Shown here: positions 1 through 13,240 of the stretch, piece by piece
Layout of the letters: each line of letters opens with the position of its first letter
How positions within the stretch are numbered: position 1 is the stretch's first letter
Assembly (NCBI GenBank): GCA_000934665.2
Contig: KZ538877.1
Coordinates: 1-42,617, forward strand
From: Catajapyx aquilonaris
Lineage: Eukaryota
Length of the DNA stretch: 42,617 nt
Direction of reading: 5' to 3'
Notes under the pieces: generated by a model
Databases searched by the model: none
What the model saw: the letters and a program-made list of their open reading frames with translations, nothing else
Told to the model about the DNA's origin: nothing
Made by a program: the position numbers and the translations under genes

Positions 1-255
1 CACGGATCCCCATACCCGCAGGCAACTTATCCAAGTCGCCGTTGGGAAGGGCGGCGCTACTATCCAACGTCGCCTAACTTGGCCAGGTGGCCAGGCGGCG
101 CCACTCTCGAACAGACCTCGAATTTTTTCCGACTTTCGTCTCTTCCCCTGACATTACTGTTCGTCTCAGAGATAAACGGATGGTATCACCGGAATCAGGA
201 TTTTTTGCCTGATTTTTACAGATCAACTTGTATTTTGAGTGGAGTGTCCCTTTAA
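1..255. mobile_element. Probable right end of a non-autonomous DNA transposon (Kolobok-like, TTAA target), truncated by the window edge
   Basis: Ends GAGTGGAGTGTCCCT|TTAA (TTAA at 252-255), i.e. TTAA-AGGGACACTCCAC on the minus strand, resembling TTAA-AGG termini of Kolobok-type elements. GGCGGCGC(T/C)AC occurs twice within 1-110. The other end is not visible. Confidence 0.35.
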
Positions 256-268
256 GAAAGTATCAGTA

Positions 269-441
269 CAGTGTTGGCCATAAATCGAGGCATACTGCTA
301 GCGACATTTTCCGAAGCTGCAGAATAAGGAATCTTGCTCGCCCGGCTTGACCTATCCTTATCTTCGATTCCTTCTTCTGCCGCTTCGGAAAATGTCGCTA
401 GCCACCAGTGCTTCGAATGCCTCGATTAATATCCAACACTG
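269..441. mobile_element. MITE (Tc1/mariner-type, TA TSD) with long imperfect inverted arms
   Basis: TA-CAGTGTTGG...CCAACACTG-TA termini. Arms continue inward: AATCGAGGCAT/ATGCCTCGATT and GCTAGCGACATTTTCCGAAGC..GCAGAA..AAGGAATC/GATTCCTT..TTCTGC..GCTTCGGAAAATGTCGCTAGC. Confidence 0.8.
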
Positions 442-1242
442 TACAATGCAGTACCGTATTTATTCAAACGACTCACAAGTCAATCAAACTGTGATCTCTC
501 AAAAATTAATTAATTCACAAATATCAAAAACTCCGTTTCATTTCAGCTTTAAGAAACGAGAATTTATTAAGAACAGCAACTTCCCAACTGACCTTACCAA
601 CTTGCTGCAACGACAATAAACATCACTGCAATTAGACTGGCCAGGTAATAACATAATATAGTGGACAATAATCATTAAGTGACTGGTGGGATCGTCCTAT
701 CTGGCACATACATCTCATTGAACATGATGTGAGACTATCTCTCAAATCGTTATTACCTCAAACATGACTTGCACGGTGGTGTTAGCTATATGTCAACTGA
801 AATTTATCACAGTAACTACATTGTTATGCATTATGCATATGAAAAATAGCGCAAAAGCTAAAACTAATGTCTTTTTGAATTATTAGTATGGAGTGATCAT
901 TTGGCCTACTAACAGCGACATATTTTATGGGCAAAATAATAATAATAATAATCGAAATCAGGTAAAAACATGTTATTCACTCCTGGTAAAAATTATCCTT
1001 TCCAACGTTCCCTAATATCACACCTCTTTTGGCAGTAATTGGCTAAATACTCGTACTCATACTTCCAGCAGATTTAACTAAGTACACTTTATACAGTAGG
1101 CACCTTCCCTGATTACCAAACTTTTAACAGTAAATGCGGGCCAACAGTATGAGACTGACATACGTATAATGCAATATCATTCGTGCAGTATCATCCTTCA
1201 GAATGTGCTGGTACTCTTCAGCAAGTTCGCCAATCAAAATAA

Positions 1243-3017
1243 TTAGACCACAGTCGACTGCTGCGTGCCGGAACTACTGCCGTCGTAGAACCTGGTGGTC
1301 GGCTTACGGAGCATCGGATACTTTTCGGTCAGCAAGGTCAGGACCTTCTTCTTGCAGACGAATATGACGAATATGAAAACTCCCTGGAGGAGGTTGAGCA
1401 GGTCTGTCAGGAACCAGATGTACGCTGACCCTCTGACCATGGAAGCCACCACCTCCATCACCCACGTCACACCCATCACCACAATCAGTTTCACGTTCAG
1501 CATCAGCCTGCAGGAGGGGGTCAAAGGTCAAATCAGAGACATGGAAAAATGATTACACAATGGATCGCTAAGCACAGGCTGCTAAAATTTACTGGATTAT
1601 AAAATGCTGGGTCGGCATGAGGCTATTATACAACGACCTTATTTGATGTTGCCGATGGTCGCTTGACCCTCCTGCTTGGGGGTCATCCAGAGTCCTGGTC
1701 TGTCTCCAGACGCGCCTCAGTGAAGCGACGGTCAAGCCCAGGAAGACCATGTTGGCCACAATCAAGACGGATGCAGGGCCCATGTAGTATATGAAGAGTC
1801 GCTGCGGGGCTGCCAAATGAACGTTCCTTTACTTCACTGCGATATCGCAGGTGCAAAGTATATCGTCATGATTGTAAGACAATTGATTGTTCTGATTATG
1901 AAATACCTCAAGGAAAGCTTAAGATATATATTTTTTGCAATGTATTATTCTTTATGGCATGAATGTCCATAATTCTGCGTATTGGTAAGAACTAATGCTT
2001 TGATGGCCTGTTAGTGTTTATCTCGAGCAGCTTAAAGCCATACAAAGGAACCAGCAGCTGTTGTAGGCGAAGTAAGGCTTGGGATAGAATGGCGATATTC
2101 CAGGGGTCAGGTCCATGACCAGGGTGACCGTCGAGATGACCAGCGGCGACCCCCAGGCGAAGACAACGTAGCCAACCAGCTTCTTGAACTCTTTTGCAGC
2201 ATTATTGTCGCGACCCATCGCCTTCATCCGGCTGGGGAATAATCAAAACACCTATAGGTATATTTAATCACATGTCACAAGCAGTGTGGATAAGTATTAT
2301 AGTTAGTACCTTAGATTTCTCCAGATGTCGTAACTCATGACACTCAGCCAGAAGAAGGTGCTCATGAAGAAGTAGTGCGTCATCACACCTGAGGGCGAGA
2401 TGTCACCTTAGCACTCACTGACGAGCCAAACAATAAGTGTGACATACCGACTGCGGTGCAGAGAGCCTTGTTGACCTGCGCGAATTGTCCCAGCTGAGAC
2501 ACCGTGTTGAAGAATAGGGCCCCGAACAGGCCTGCGATCAGGTTGAGCAGCACTTTCCCTTGAAGGTTCCGCAGCTGCGGTACGACCGTGTACACAACCG
2601 CTGTCAGCAGAAGGCAAACCTGCGACGCAATGGAAGCCACGGTGTACGGAACCAGGGCGTTTCGGATGCCCTCAGAGTACCAGGGACTCCTTCTGTTGTC
2701 GTCCTGAGGGTGGCACAGGAACGAGACAATGCCGCGACCATCACTCACGGAGTCCACGCAGTACTCGTGTTTCTCGAACCATATGTTCATCCTGGGAACG
2801 TACAGGTGTCCCTTGACGTCCAGGTAAAAAGCGTCGTCTGGGTCGGACGACGGATCGATGCTGTACGACCCGTTGCACGGCGGAGGACCGTACAGGAGGT
2901 TCACGGACTCGGCCGGTACGTCAAGTTTCTCGGCGCTGTACCGGTGAATTTCGTACAAATCAGGATGCCACTCATACGCTGTCGACGACACGCAGGCGTA
3001 CATCTCACCCCTGTAAC

Positions 3018-3095
<78 letters not shown>

Positions 3096-4324
3096 AGATA
3101 AATGGGGAAATTCATACGAGTTTTTCTTTGACAGATCAACTTTCACTTCCCGAAAGTATTGGTTGTGCTGCTCTTTCAAGCTCCGTCGAAATTGGTCCAG
3201 ATGGGGGAATATATTAGTGTATATTATATTATATTATATTATATTATATTATATTATATTATATTATAAAGCAACAAATTATGCGATTTAATGTAAGGGA
3301 AGCAAAACCATGGAGCAATAATGGAATGAGAATGGTCGATGCAAAAATGCCACCGACGGCCACCTCCACAATGTGCTACTTCTACAGTGGAAGAAGTGCG
3401 ATAATCATATAATAATGGCTTTATTGTGATATAATATTTTTTATATTAAAAATATATAACAATTTAAAAAACAACAATTATTATAATATTGCAATAATAT
3501 GCACTAAAATATTATACAAACAAATTCGACTGCGCGAGAAAATTTATTTCATATTCTGTATGTCTAATAAAATTTGGAACAATTTCCAGGAATAAAACTA
3601 TTTTCCCAAATGAATGTTTAGGGAATATCTTGCTGGTTAGGCCACACAGTAGTATTTCCATAGAGAGCTTCTATCTCGCCCAATTATTATTCTTTTTTAG
3701 TCAATCGGGCTACGGTATATATACTTACCGGTCGTAGCTGTCGGACGAAATTGCGTGTTGCATCGGGCAGCATTTCCTCACGCAGATCTTGTCTGTGCAA
3801 GGCCCTACGATGCACATCTTTGCAACGTACATCTCTCCGGCGGCGTTGTCCGTCTCAACTCGATCCAGACACATGTCCTGCAGCTGTACCTCTGGGGTGT
3901 CTGGTCTGTCCAGGACTCGCCCTGCGCTGTAGCCCTCTTCTATCGAGAGCCCAAACACATCCAGGTCCTCCCCTGGGAACACCCTCTCTAGGTACTCGTA
4001 TTCCGTACCGGCGCACGTGGGCACCAGCCCGTACTTGGCCACGTACTGGTCTTGTCGCAGTCGGACAAACCCGCCGACGTCGAACACGTACACCGGGGGC
4101 ACCCATTCCTCCTCTCTTCTGAAAGGACACTGCACGTTAGTGACATCACCAGACATTTACTTCGTAATTTTTGGGTTGCCTTACCTCGGTTCGCAAGTGC
4201 TTGTGAGTTCCGAATAGACCTGCCCACGTGCACAGCACTTGTTGATTGTCGGTACCGTTGGTTCCGTTTGCTGAGCGTTGGACGTGACGAGGCAAACAGC
4301 CAGGACCGCACCCCATCGGGTCAT
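1243..4324 (-). CDS. Methuselah-like GPCR, paralogue A, 7 exons, ~598 aa
   Basis: Exons 4324-4185, 4118-3729, 3010-2448, 2388-2310, 2231-2044, 1809-1638, 1507-1243; all GT-AG, phases consistent, 1797 nt. Signal peptide MTRWGAVLAVCLV, then KCC, CVRKCC and YCVD ectodomain motifs. 7TM motifs: LRNLQGK, HYFFMSTFFWLSVMSYDIW, CWF, MGVTW..E, NLLQGVFIF. Confidence 0.92.
3021..3094. repeat. (ATT)n microsatellite
   Basis: About 25 perfect ATT units; explains the poly-Ile ORFs in the track. Confidence 0.97.
3219..3267. repeat. (ATATT)n microsatellite
   Basis: Tandem ATATT units in intron 2 of paralogue A. Confidence 0.9.
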
Positions 4325-4450
4325 GTCCCCAAACTGTGTCGAAGTATTTGCATTGAAATGAGCGACCAACAGACAAACAACATCCGTCGCCTGATGATGA
4401 CGCCTTTTTTTTTGTAGGTTTCCAAGAACCCTATCCCCCGCCCCCCACAC

Positions 4451-4466
4451 NNNNNNNNNNNNNNNN
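4451..4466. other. Assembly gap (16 N) within a poly-C tract
   Basis: N run flanked by C homopolymers. Confidence 0.99.
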
Positions 4467-5576
4467 CCCCCCCCCCCCCCACCACCAACCATCCACCCAT
4501 TCCGCGCAATCCAGCGCCAGTGGGCGTCCTTCAAACAAAACTTGTTCAACGCACGATACCGGCCATGTCATTATGCGGAAAGTACAGTACAGTACAGTCC
4601 GTTCATGCTGGGGTTTGCTGTGGCTGTTTGTATAGTCTTTCTTTGCCTGAATGGTCACAATGGCACACTCTGTCACATAATCTACAGCAGCATATGGAGT
4701 TCACTCCCATAAAACCAGAGGTGTCCACCATTAACTTTATTAAAGAGAATTTATTCTATTCAATATATTACTAGCCCGTTTCATTTCGATCCGAACAACT
4801 TTCATGTGCCAATCAATCTTATTTTCTTCACTTATATACGCGCGGGTGATTCAAGCCCTTGTATTTCTCTCCACAACGCGCATTTTAAATTATGTAATTT
4901 CCGTTCATTACCATACACCGTTCATTTCCTGTTAGTATTAATTTGCAAATCTAATTCTTCCAGCCTATCATCATTTTTTTTATTTATGCTCACAGTATAG
5001 ACCAGTAGAGCGACGAAGGACTGATGCTCGAACCTGCTGGTCCTATATACTTATCGACTGGCCTAAAAGCGCAACCCAAGGGACCACCAGTTGCTGGAAT
5101 GTGACACAACCATGTCCTCTTCTGGACACACCCTTGAGTAATTGGACACGCATCGCATTACTCTGATCATCTCTAATATTAAGAGAAAGCACTCTCAATT
5201 GTTGTCTTTGCATTAGCCTCCGAAGCCATTGCTATACGCGTATAATAATGCAGAGATGACAAAAAAAACCGTATTATTCTCATCGTGTGTGAGGTGCGTA
5301 TGGCAAATTGGGGGATGATCAGTTCAGTCCAGCAGAATAGAATGATAAAGACATGAATTTCAAATGTTATTTTTAATTAACGTTAACCAATAACTCGAAT
5401 CTACACATAAATTCATTATTAGGTCACGCACAGTGTTTATGACACCTATACACAAGAATCTAGAGATTTCGAGGAGTATCACAGGTTACTAATAAATATT
5501 AAAATCTTGTTCAAGAGTCTCAACTTGAAAAAGTTACTATATCCTGCAACTACAATATGTGTTGGGCAATGCTGCA

Positions 5577-8500
5577 TCACAGGTCTGTGGTAAGTACGCT
5601 GTTTATTTGTGGCCTTCTTTGCTGCTGGTTATTGTTTGATGACGCCTTGAGGCAGAGTCGTAGCCTGGTTCTCAGCAGCTTAAACACCTTCCTCTTGCAG
5701 ACAAAAATGAGGAAGATGAAGACCCCTTGCAAGAGGTTGAGCATGTCTATGACTGACCACAGGTACACTGACCCACCGGTGACCCATGACACCAGTTCCA
5801 GCACCCATCCAGCGCCCATCACCACCACCAGTTTCAGATAAAGCACAAACCTGCTAATACAATCAGAATGATTTAGTCATAAAGACAATAAGTTATTATC
5901 GAATAAAAAGCTCCACGCAGAGTGTCATTCAGACAAACTTCTCGAGTCATAGGCTCCAGAGGATCACTCTTTGTGGAGTTTGGCTCACCTGCTTTTATGC
6001 TTCCGGTGCGTCCTGCTTTCCGATTGGTCCTTGAGGACCTTTGCTTCCTTCCTGAGTTTCAGAAGAGAAGCCAGTGTCATCGCGAAGAAGACGAGGTTGG
6101 CCACCCAGAGGATGGCCATTGGTCCGGTAAAGTACAGCAGCATCCTGTCAGGAGCTGCGATTGGCCAAGACGGAAGTTATTAGCACGTGCGGTGACATCG
6201 TGACAACATATTGTTGTGTACTCACAAACAAACCAGCAGGCGTTGTAAGCGAAGTAAGGCTTGGGATAGAATGGAGATATTCCTGGAGCAAAATCCATGA
6301 CCAGGGTGACCGTAGAGATGACCAGAGGTGACCCCCAGGCATAGAACGCATAGAACAGGAGAGTTCGACTAGATTTGTACCCTGTATTGTGACCAGGCGT
6401 CAACTTCATGCGGCTGGAAGAATGAGAAAATATGATGGTGTGGATGCTAAGATGAGTTCTTCTCAAAAGAAACTTACCCGAGTGTCCTCCAGAGGTCAAA
6501 GCTCATGACGCTGAGCCAGAAAAAGGCGGCCATCAGGAAGTAGTGGCCAAGCGCACCTGCAATACAAGAGTCATAATAACATATTGACCTTCCCATGACC
6601 TGATGGAGCTGATGAGTAGTAGCAGAAATTTTCCAGATTATTATTATTATTATGTATATTATTAAAAATCACTTCAGACAGTGCGAATTTTATGGCGAAT
6701 CCGTACCAACAGCTTTGCATAATCCCCTGTTGACACCTCCTCCTCTGAATTGAATGAGGGTAATGAACATGAAGGCGCAGAACAAGGCGCAGACCAGGTT
6801 GATGACGATGCGTCCTTGGAGGTTTCGAAGCTGCGGTACGGCGCCGTACACTAGGGCTGTGGCCAGCAGACAGACCTGCGACGCGATGGCTGCTGCGACG
6901 AACGGTGCTCGGGAATTCCCCGCGCTGTGCCACGGACTCCGGTTGGCTCCGTCGGACGGGGGACACACGTAGGACACCACTCCGTACCCGGACACATCCT
7001 CCACGCAGTACTGGTCCAGCTCCAGCTGCATGCGAGGGACGAACAGGCCGCCGCGTTCGGTCAGGTAGAAGACGTCTTCGGCGTCGTCGTTGGGATCCAG
7101 CGCGATGTACTGGGCGCACGGGACCCCGCCGTACAGCACGTTCACCTGCTCCGGAGGGACGTCCAGTCGGTCAGCGCTCCAGCGATTTATCCGGTAGATG
7201 CCCGTCGGTGTCCAAGGAACGCTTGATTCCGTGCACACGTCACGCTTCCTGAAGAAGACAAACGATTGAAGATGGACCCTGTTAGCATGAAGAAATGTAA
7301 TTGTTTGCAAGACAAAGTTGGGCCTTCCAACCGCGTACCCTTTCACATTACCTTTGTATTGTACCTAATAATGTAAATAAAGTCTATAAAGCAACTGCTG
7401 CTTATGAACTGTGTGGTCATATAATCAGCTCATTGCCAAGAAAATGCAAGCTATTTTAGAGTTAATAATAAATTATTTCAAACTACCGCGCCAAGACTAA
7501 TTTCGAGCCAATTGATCACACTTGAAAGTGAGTTTTGGAAAGTTGCAAAAACGTTGTCAGACGCAGCTGCGTAAACATCTTTCAGAAAAAACCTGGGCGT
7601 GAAACCGAAGTTTAAAAATATCTGATTTGAGAGCGCAGATTATGGCAGTTGCATCAACAAACTTTGCTTTGAAACTGTTACCTGATGTGTATACTGTTAT
7701 GACGTTTTTCCTCGGAAATATAACTGCAACTTTTGCAATTCGCAATAATAGTGCGATAAACACTGGCAAACTTCTGGTGAAGCGTGCATGATCACTGGAC
7801 AAAGAAAACTTTACAGATATTTTGCTGGAAAAAATATTGGTACGTTTTTGATAATAATTAATAATGATATCACTCACTCCCTGAAATGTTGTTGCGTGAA
7901 GGAGTAGAATTGTGGGCAGCATTTGCGCACGCATATTCTGTGTTCGCAAGGCGATCTCAGGCACATCTTGGCAACGTAGAGAGATGCAGCGTTGCCATCA
8001 ACACCATCATCAATAACCCTATCCAGGCATAGCCCGTCTGTAACGTCCACCTCCGGAAGCTCCGGGTCGTCCAGGAGCCTGGCAGCCGGAGCTCCGGATT
8101 CGTCCAGTGAGATGGCGAACACGGCCGTGTTACCTCCTTCGAACACTCGCTCTCCGAGGTCGAACCCAGGACCACATCTGGGGATCCAATCGTCTCGGGC
8201 ATCGTACTCGTCTGGGGACAGGTGGACAAACCTGGCGCCACTGTCGTCGATGGTGAAGATGGGGGGTAACCAATCACCTGATGAAGGCTGCGGATGTCTG
8301 AAACTGTCAGAATAAATATCAATCTACGTCACACTCTCACCTGTGCGAAAATAAATTGATGTCGCATAGCATATAATTATGTACGATATAATTACGTCCA
8401 AAATGACAAATCGCCAATGTTTGCCTGACTCTGTTCCAGTCGCTGAATCTGCATGAATCTGATGCTATAACAAATTGTGCCCTTAAAAATATACATGTGT

Positions 8501-8853
8501 CCTTGTGGGATTCCCCAGATGAGCAGCATGCGTGACAGAGTCCCAGTGCCTCCTAGCTCTTTGGTTGTTTGTAATAAAATCTCAAGTTCTATTTTAAATG
8601 ATTAATTTAATGAGTTCATAGAAAAGTTCAATTGTATGGAGGAAACTGTATTCCCTCCTCTAATGTTATTTTATATGAAAAAAATGCCTCGCATTGTGTC
8701 GAAATACCATATAGTTTTTGTGACGTACCTGTCGGTTTCGCATGTCCTGTTCGCTTGCAGGTATGCCTGGTCTCTCCTGCAGCACTTGTTGAAGAGAGGC
8801 TTGTAGGCGCACGCGAGGGCCAGAAAGGTCAGCAGCAGCAAGAACAGGTCCAT
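5577..8853 (-). CDS. Methuselah-like GPCR, paralogue B, 7 exons, ~597 aa
   Basis: Exons 8853-8729, 8297-7878 (alternative in-frame acceptor at 8303), 7248-6707, 6556-6478, 6413-6226, 6154-5989, 5850-5577; GT-AG, 1794 nt. Signal peptide MDLFLLLLTFLALACA, KCC/CVRKCC/YCVE, and the same 7TM motifs and intron phases as paralogue A. Confidence 0.92.
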
Positions 8854-9737
8854 CGGAGAAGAGGCTTCCCAGAATAGCTCATCCTGATGGTGTGTGACCC
8901 GGAAGAGGAAAAAGTGACCAGAAGCAGCCAAGCTCCTGGACTAATTCTTCTTCCGCCTCGAGTCCTTCTTATTCTTTCTCAGCAGCACAGCAGCCAGACC
9001 TTGAGCACATTTTAGAGGGTGGCCTCCAAATGCACAGTTGCCAAGACTGGCATCCGACCCACATGGGTGACTTGCACCTCACACACACACTTTGAATGGG
9101 CAGTGACGTCAGGCTTCCCAGTGAAAGTACTGCACGTAACACACTTATTAGCCTCCCTCTCTCGCTCCTTTTTTGCTAATATCATTCCGACTGCTGTGCG
9201 TGACAGGTGCATGTATTTGCAGGCGAAGGTAGAGGAAGACCAGCGTCACGCACCGGTACCTATTAGAGTAGCCAACTCCTTATATTCGCATTATTCTAAA
9301 CATCTAAAGCATCCAAGACCGTTGATTTCGTGGAAAGTGATGGGGTGTGGAGGCGCATGTATGTATCATCAGTGTCAATTCCATTTTCATTCCACGTAAT
9401 AAATGTGTGAAGAAGCACGTACTGCGTATAGCACATTCTCAAGTCGAGGTAGAAATAAGGGAAATTATTATTGCTACTTCCATTTCACACTCGAATGCTC
9501 TAGATTTAGTGGAAGTTGTGCCTAATAATGCCGGACGAGTAGTGTACATTAGTTTTGCTGCAGGAATTCTGATGTCACCAAAATCTGCATGTGAACTTTA
9601 AATTTACTATTTACTCCAATTTAAAATAGAAACAGAAAACGATGGGAACCAAAGAGATGGGAACATTTGATGATTTGAATAACTTACGTATTAATTTCTA
9701 TGGAAATGCCACATTCAATTGTTCACGCAACTGGTGA

Positions 9738-9825
<88 letters not shown>
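9738..9825. repeat. (ATT)n microsatellite
   Basis: About 29 ATT units; explains the poly-Leu ORF. Confidence 0.97.
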
Positions 9826-9826
<1 letters not shown>

Positions 9827-10390
9827 ACATTAAATTATTAGACACTTCGAAAACTGCAGGTCTCCATTGTATTACTCAAATTGCGTAACAAAATGATTAT
9901 TTTTATCATTATTTATTTATTTTTCTTGCATAGTTTCCATACTTGAGGGCGTCCAAAATTTTCTGCCACTTCTTGGGTATCAATATTTGGCTCTTAACAG
10001 AAAGCATCTACTATAATTTCCACAGTGGACAATAATAATTATATCAAAATTATATTGTGCACAGGCTTCATGGAATTAAGCTCAAAAAATGCATTGCTGT
10101 TCAGTTCTACTGTAGGCCTACTGAAGGAAAGCTTACGTCCAAAATTGGTACGTAATATTATTTCCCCCAGAAATTGCGAACAGTAAGCATTACTCATCAA
10201 AAATTCAGCTAAGACACTGCTCCTGAGCGGTTCTCCAACCTTTTTACTGTGAGGAAAGTGTAAAAGCTAACTGAAGTTTAAGCTCGGGCTATAGTTTGTT
10301 GATATGAGAGTAGAAAACTGTGGAATTGGATAAACATAAACCGATAGCTTTCTTCTTTGGCACAATATTGAGCACATACTTTTTATTTGA

Positions 10391-13240
10391 TCAAACGCTG
10401 GTTGAGATGGTTTCGGTGCTGGAATCGCCCATGGCCTGGCGCAGTGGGGTCGGAGGCGGGGGCGGTCGTCTCCTGAGGGTGAGCATGGCCAGGATCCGCT
10501 TGTTGCTGATGATGCGGTACTTGTTGTTCAGCTTCTTGACGACGTTCCTCTTAAGGACGAAGATGGCGAAGATGAGGACGCCCTGGAGGCAGTTGAAGGC
10601 GTCGGGGAGGTACCAGATGTAGCTGGGGCCGCCCACCGCCCAACCCACCACCTCCAGAGTCCATGTCACCCCCATCACCACCAGCAGCTTCAGGTACAGC
10701 CATAACCTGGAAACAACACACCCTCATCATCTAAAGCTACAAAATGTGCTGAAACCTGCTTCAGATTATAATGCCACGTTCTGGAAAGAAATTATCATTA
10801 CAGTATATTATTTAGCCCACTTGCTTGTTTTCGTGTCGTTGCGTCTGCCTGCTGTCATGCAAGACTCTGTCTGTCTGTTTGGTGACTCGAACCAGCGTCA
10901 CGGTTGTTGCGACGAAGAAGACGACGTTGGCAGCCAGCAGTACGGCCACGGGACCCATGAAGTACAGGAACAGACGCCCCTTTGCTGTAGTCACAAGTGG
11001 AGCCTCGGTCAATATTTACGGTTTTACATAGTTGCATTTACGTAATTTCAAACTGATAGTGGAAGACGGCTAAAAGAAAATAAGAGTCTTTGCAAGCAGA
11101 GTTTTTCCTTGTCTATAGCTACTCTGTGTTGGTAAATATGGCCTCTTTCAGAAAGGGGGAAAAAAGTTACATAATGGATTAGTTACTTGCAAACCAGCAT
11201 CCGTTGTAGGCAAAGAGTGGCTTGAGGTAGAAGGGTGGTATCCCTGGGGAGAACTCCATGATCATGGTGGCCATTGTTATCAGCGAGGGGACTCCCCAGG
11301 CGAAGACGGACTGCAGGAGGAACTTCCTAGATGCGTCCCTGGACGCGGCCTGCTGGACGTTCACGCCTCTGCGAGACAAAGAGATCAGAAGCAATCCTTG
11401 TGCCTCGAAGAGGAACAGAAAACTCACCGGAAGGTCCGCCAGAGGTCGAAGCTCATTACGCCCAACCAGAAGAAGGCGGCCATCAAGAAGTAGTGGATCA
11501 GAAGGCCTATTTTGATGGAAGAATACAAGTTGGTATAGTAATGGATTACTTTCTCCAGCAGCGCAGGCGCATTTCACTGTCATCCCGGCTCTACCCGCGA
11601 GAATGCGCAGGAGCAACAGCTAGATGCAAGATATCTATCAGATTGTGCCCCACCTCATTGTTGGAGGTGTCAATATTATAATAGCAAGTGATACGCAGAA
11701 GCGGAAGGGTCATAATTTGGCTCATGTTCATTATAAGTACTGCCGACGTTTTATCAAAAGCAAAAAAGCAAAAGGCCAAGACGGTCAGGGTTAAGACACA
11801 TGTGCTGCGTCAGTGTGTCAATATGTCGAGATTTGAAGTTGCTTTCACCTAGAGCGATGCAGAGTCCTCTTTCTCCTCTACCGGCCCTCATGACCTCGTG
11901 TGACCACATCCTCAGCTGACCAATGGAGAGGAAGAAGAATCCCAGGAACAAGCTGGCTACGTGACTCAGCAGCGCCTTGCCGTGCAGGTTCTTCAGCTCC
12001 GGAAGCGCCCAATAGACAGCAAATGTGGCCAGGAGGCACACCTAAAAAAGTATGGGGCTTGATCGTCATGTATGAGTGACCGGATCGAACCGGTTCATGA
12101 TGCCCATGTGAGTGCTTGCCTGTGAGGTTATGGTGAAGGAGGCGAAAATGGCTCTTGCGACGGGCCCCTTTTCGGACGATCCCCACGGACCCTGGCTGGA
12201 ATCCCTAGGGCACACCCAGGCCAGCTGATGGCTTCCATTTCTGACCCGGTCCACGCAGTACGAGTCGCGGTCGAAGCTGATCCGCCATTGTGGAATGTAA
12301 AGGTCGCCTGATTGGTCCACGTAGAAGGCGTCGTCGTCGAGGACGTCGGGACGGAGGGAGACGGTATTGTTGCAAGGAGGGAAGCCCGTCAACACATGCG
12401 TCATCTGCTGGGCGGAATCACCCAACGGTTCGGCGCTGAACGAATGGATTACGTAACGTGACGGTTTCCAATGGTCTCCGGTCTGATGACAACCAGTGTT
12501 GCTGAAATAAAGCGCAACAGTTTCATGTTTGGAGACGTCAAAGTTGCACAACTGTACCCGTCGTTCAGCGAGGCACCGATTCTGCAGCACTTTCTGACGC
12601 AGACCTGATCTGAGCAGTGGTCTTTGATGCACATCCGGGCCACGAACTGTGTTGGCTTCTGACCTGGGCCATCTTGAAAGACTCGATCCAGGCAAAAGTG
12701 GTCCCAGGTCAGAAGAGGTCGAGTCGGGTGGCTACGAAGGCGGGCCAGGACACCATTTTCGTCGTCCACTGACACCACGAACCTGGACACATCCTGGGCC
12801 GGGAAAGTCTCCTGGTGGAACTCGTACCCGGGACCACACTCGTGGCCAGGAGAAGGCCCGCCGACCTTCCATTCGTACGTGTCAGGGGTCAAGGTCATCC
12901 AGTCCGCATGGCTGTCCAGGACAGGAGGAAGCCACGAGGTGGAATTCACGCTGGAAAGGGTGGATATTCAGAATGTCCATGTTAGTTGAAAATAAGCTGC
13001 TTGTGTATATAGCAGCAGCTACTCGTACTACTAATAAATGCTTTGAATAATACTGATATCACTGGGAAAATATCATGGTGAATATTCTGATGGGACATTA
13101 TAGTACCTGTCATCTTCCGGCCGGCAGGTGTCGTCCGATTGGTAGGCCTGGCTTTCGGGGCAGCACTTTTGCAACACTGGAAGTCCGATAGCACTGGGCA
13201 GCAGAAAGGTGACCGCCAGAGTCGCCAACCTGCGGCCCAT
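10391..13240 (-). CDS. Methuselah-like GPCR, paralogue C, 8 exons, ~612 aa (model requires two GC-AG introns)
   Basis: Exons 13240-13107, 12950-12558, 12501-12120, 12041-11849, 11506-11428, 11368-11187, 10984-10825, 10706-10391; 1839 nt in frame when GC donors at 12119 and 10824 are used. Signal peptide MGRRLATLAVTFLL, KCC/CVRKCC/YCVD, LKNLHGK, CWF, MGVTW, NCLQGVLIF. Confidence 0.85.

Noticed and set aside
2560..3291. 243-aa plus-strand ORF with poly-Ile, and similar poly-Leu/Asn/Ile ORFs at 9700 and 35802-36071
   Set aside because: Antisense shadow of a GC-rich exon plus translation of microsatellites.
4996..5047. Short inverted repeat TATAGACCAGTAG...CTGCTGGTCCTATA
   Set aside because: Arms too short and imperfect to call an element.
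2050..6340. Recent gene conversion between GPCR A and B exon 5
   Set aside because: Many synonymous differences and unalignable introns favour purifying selection.
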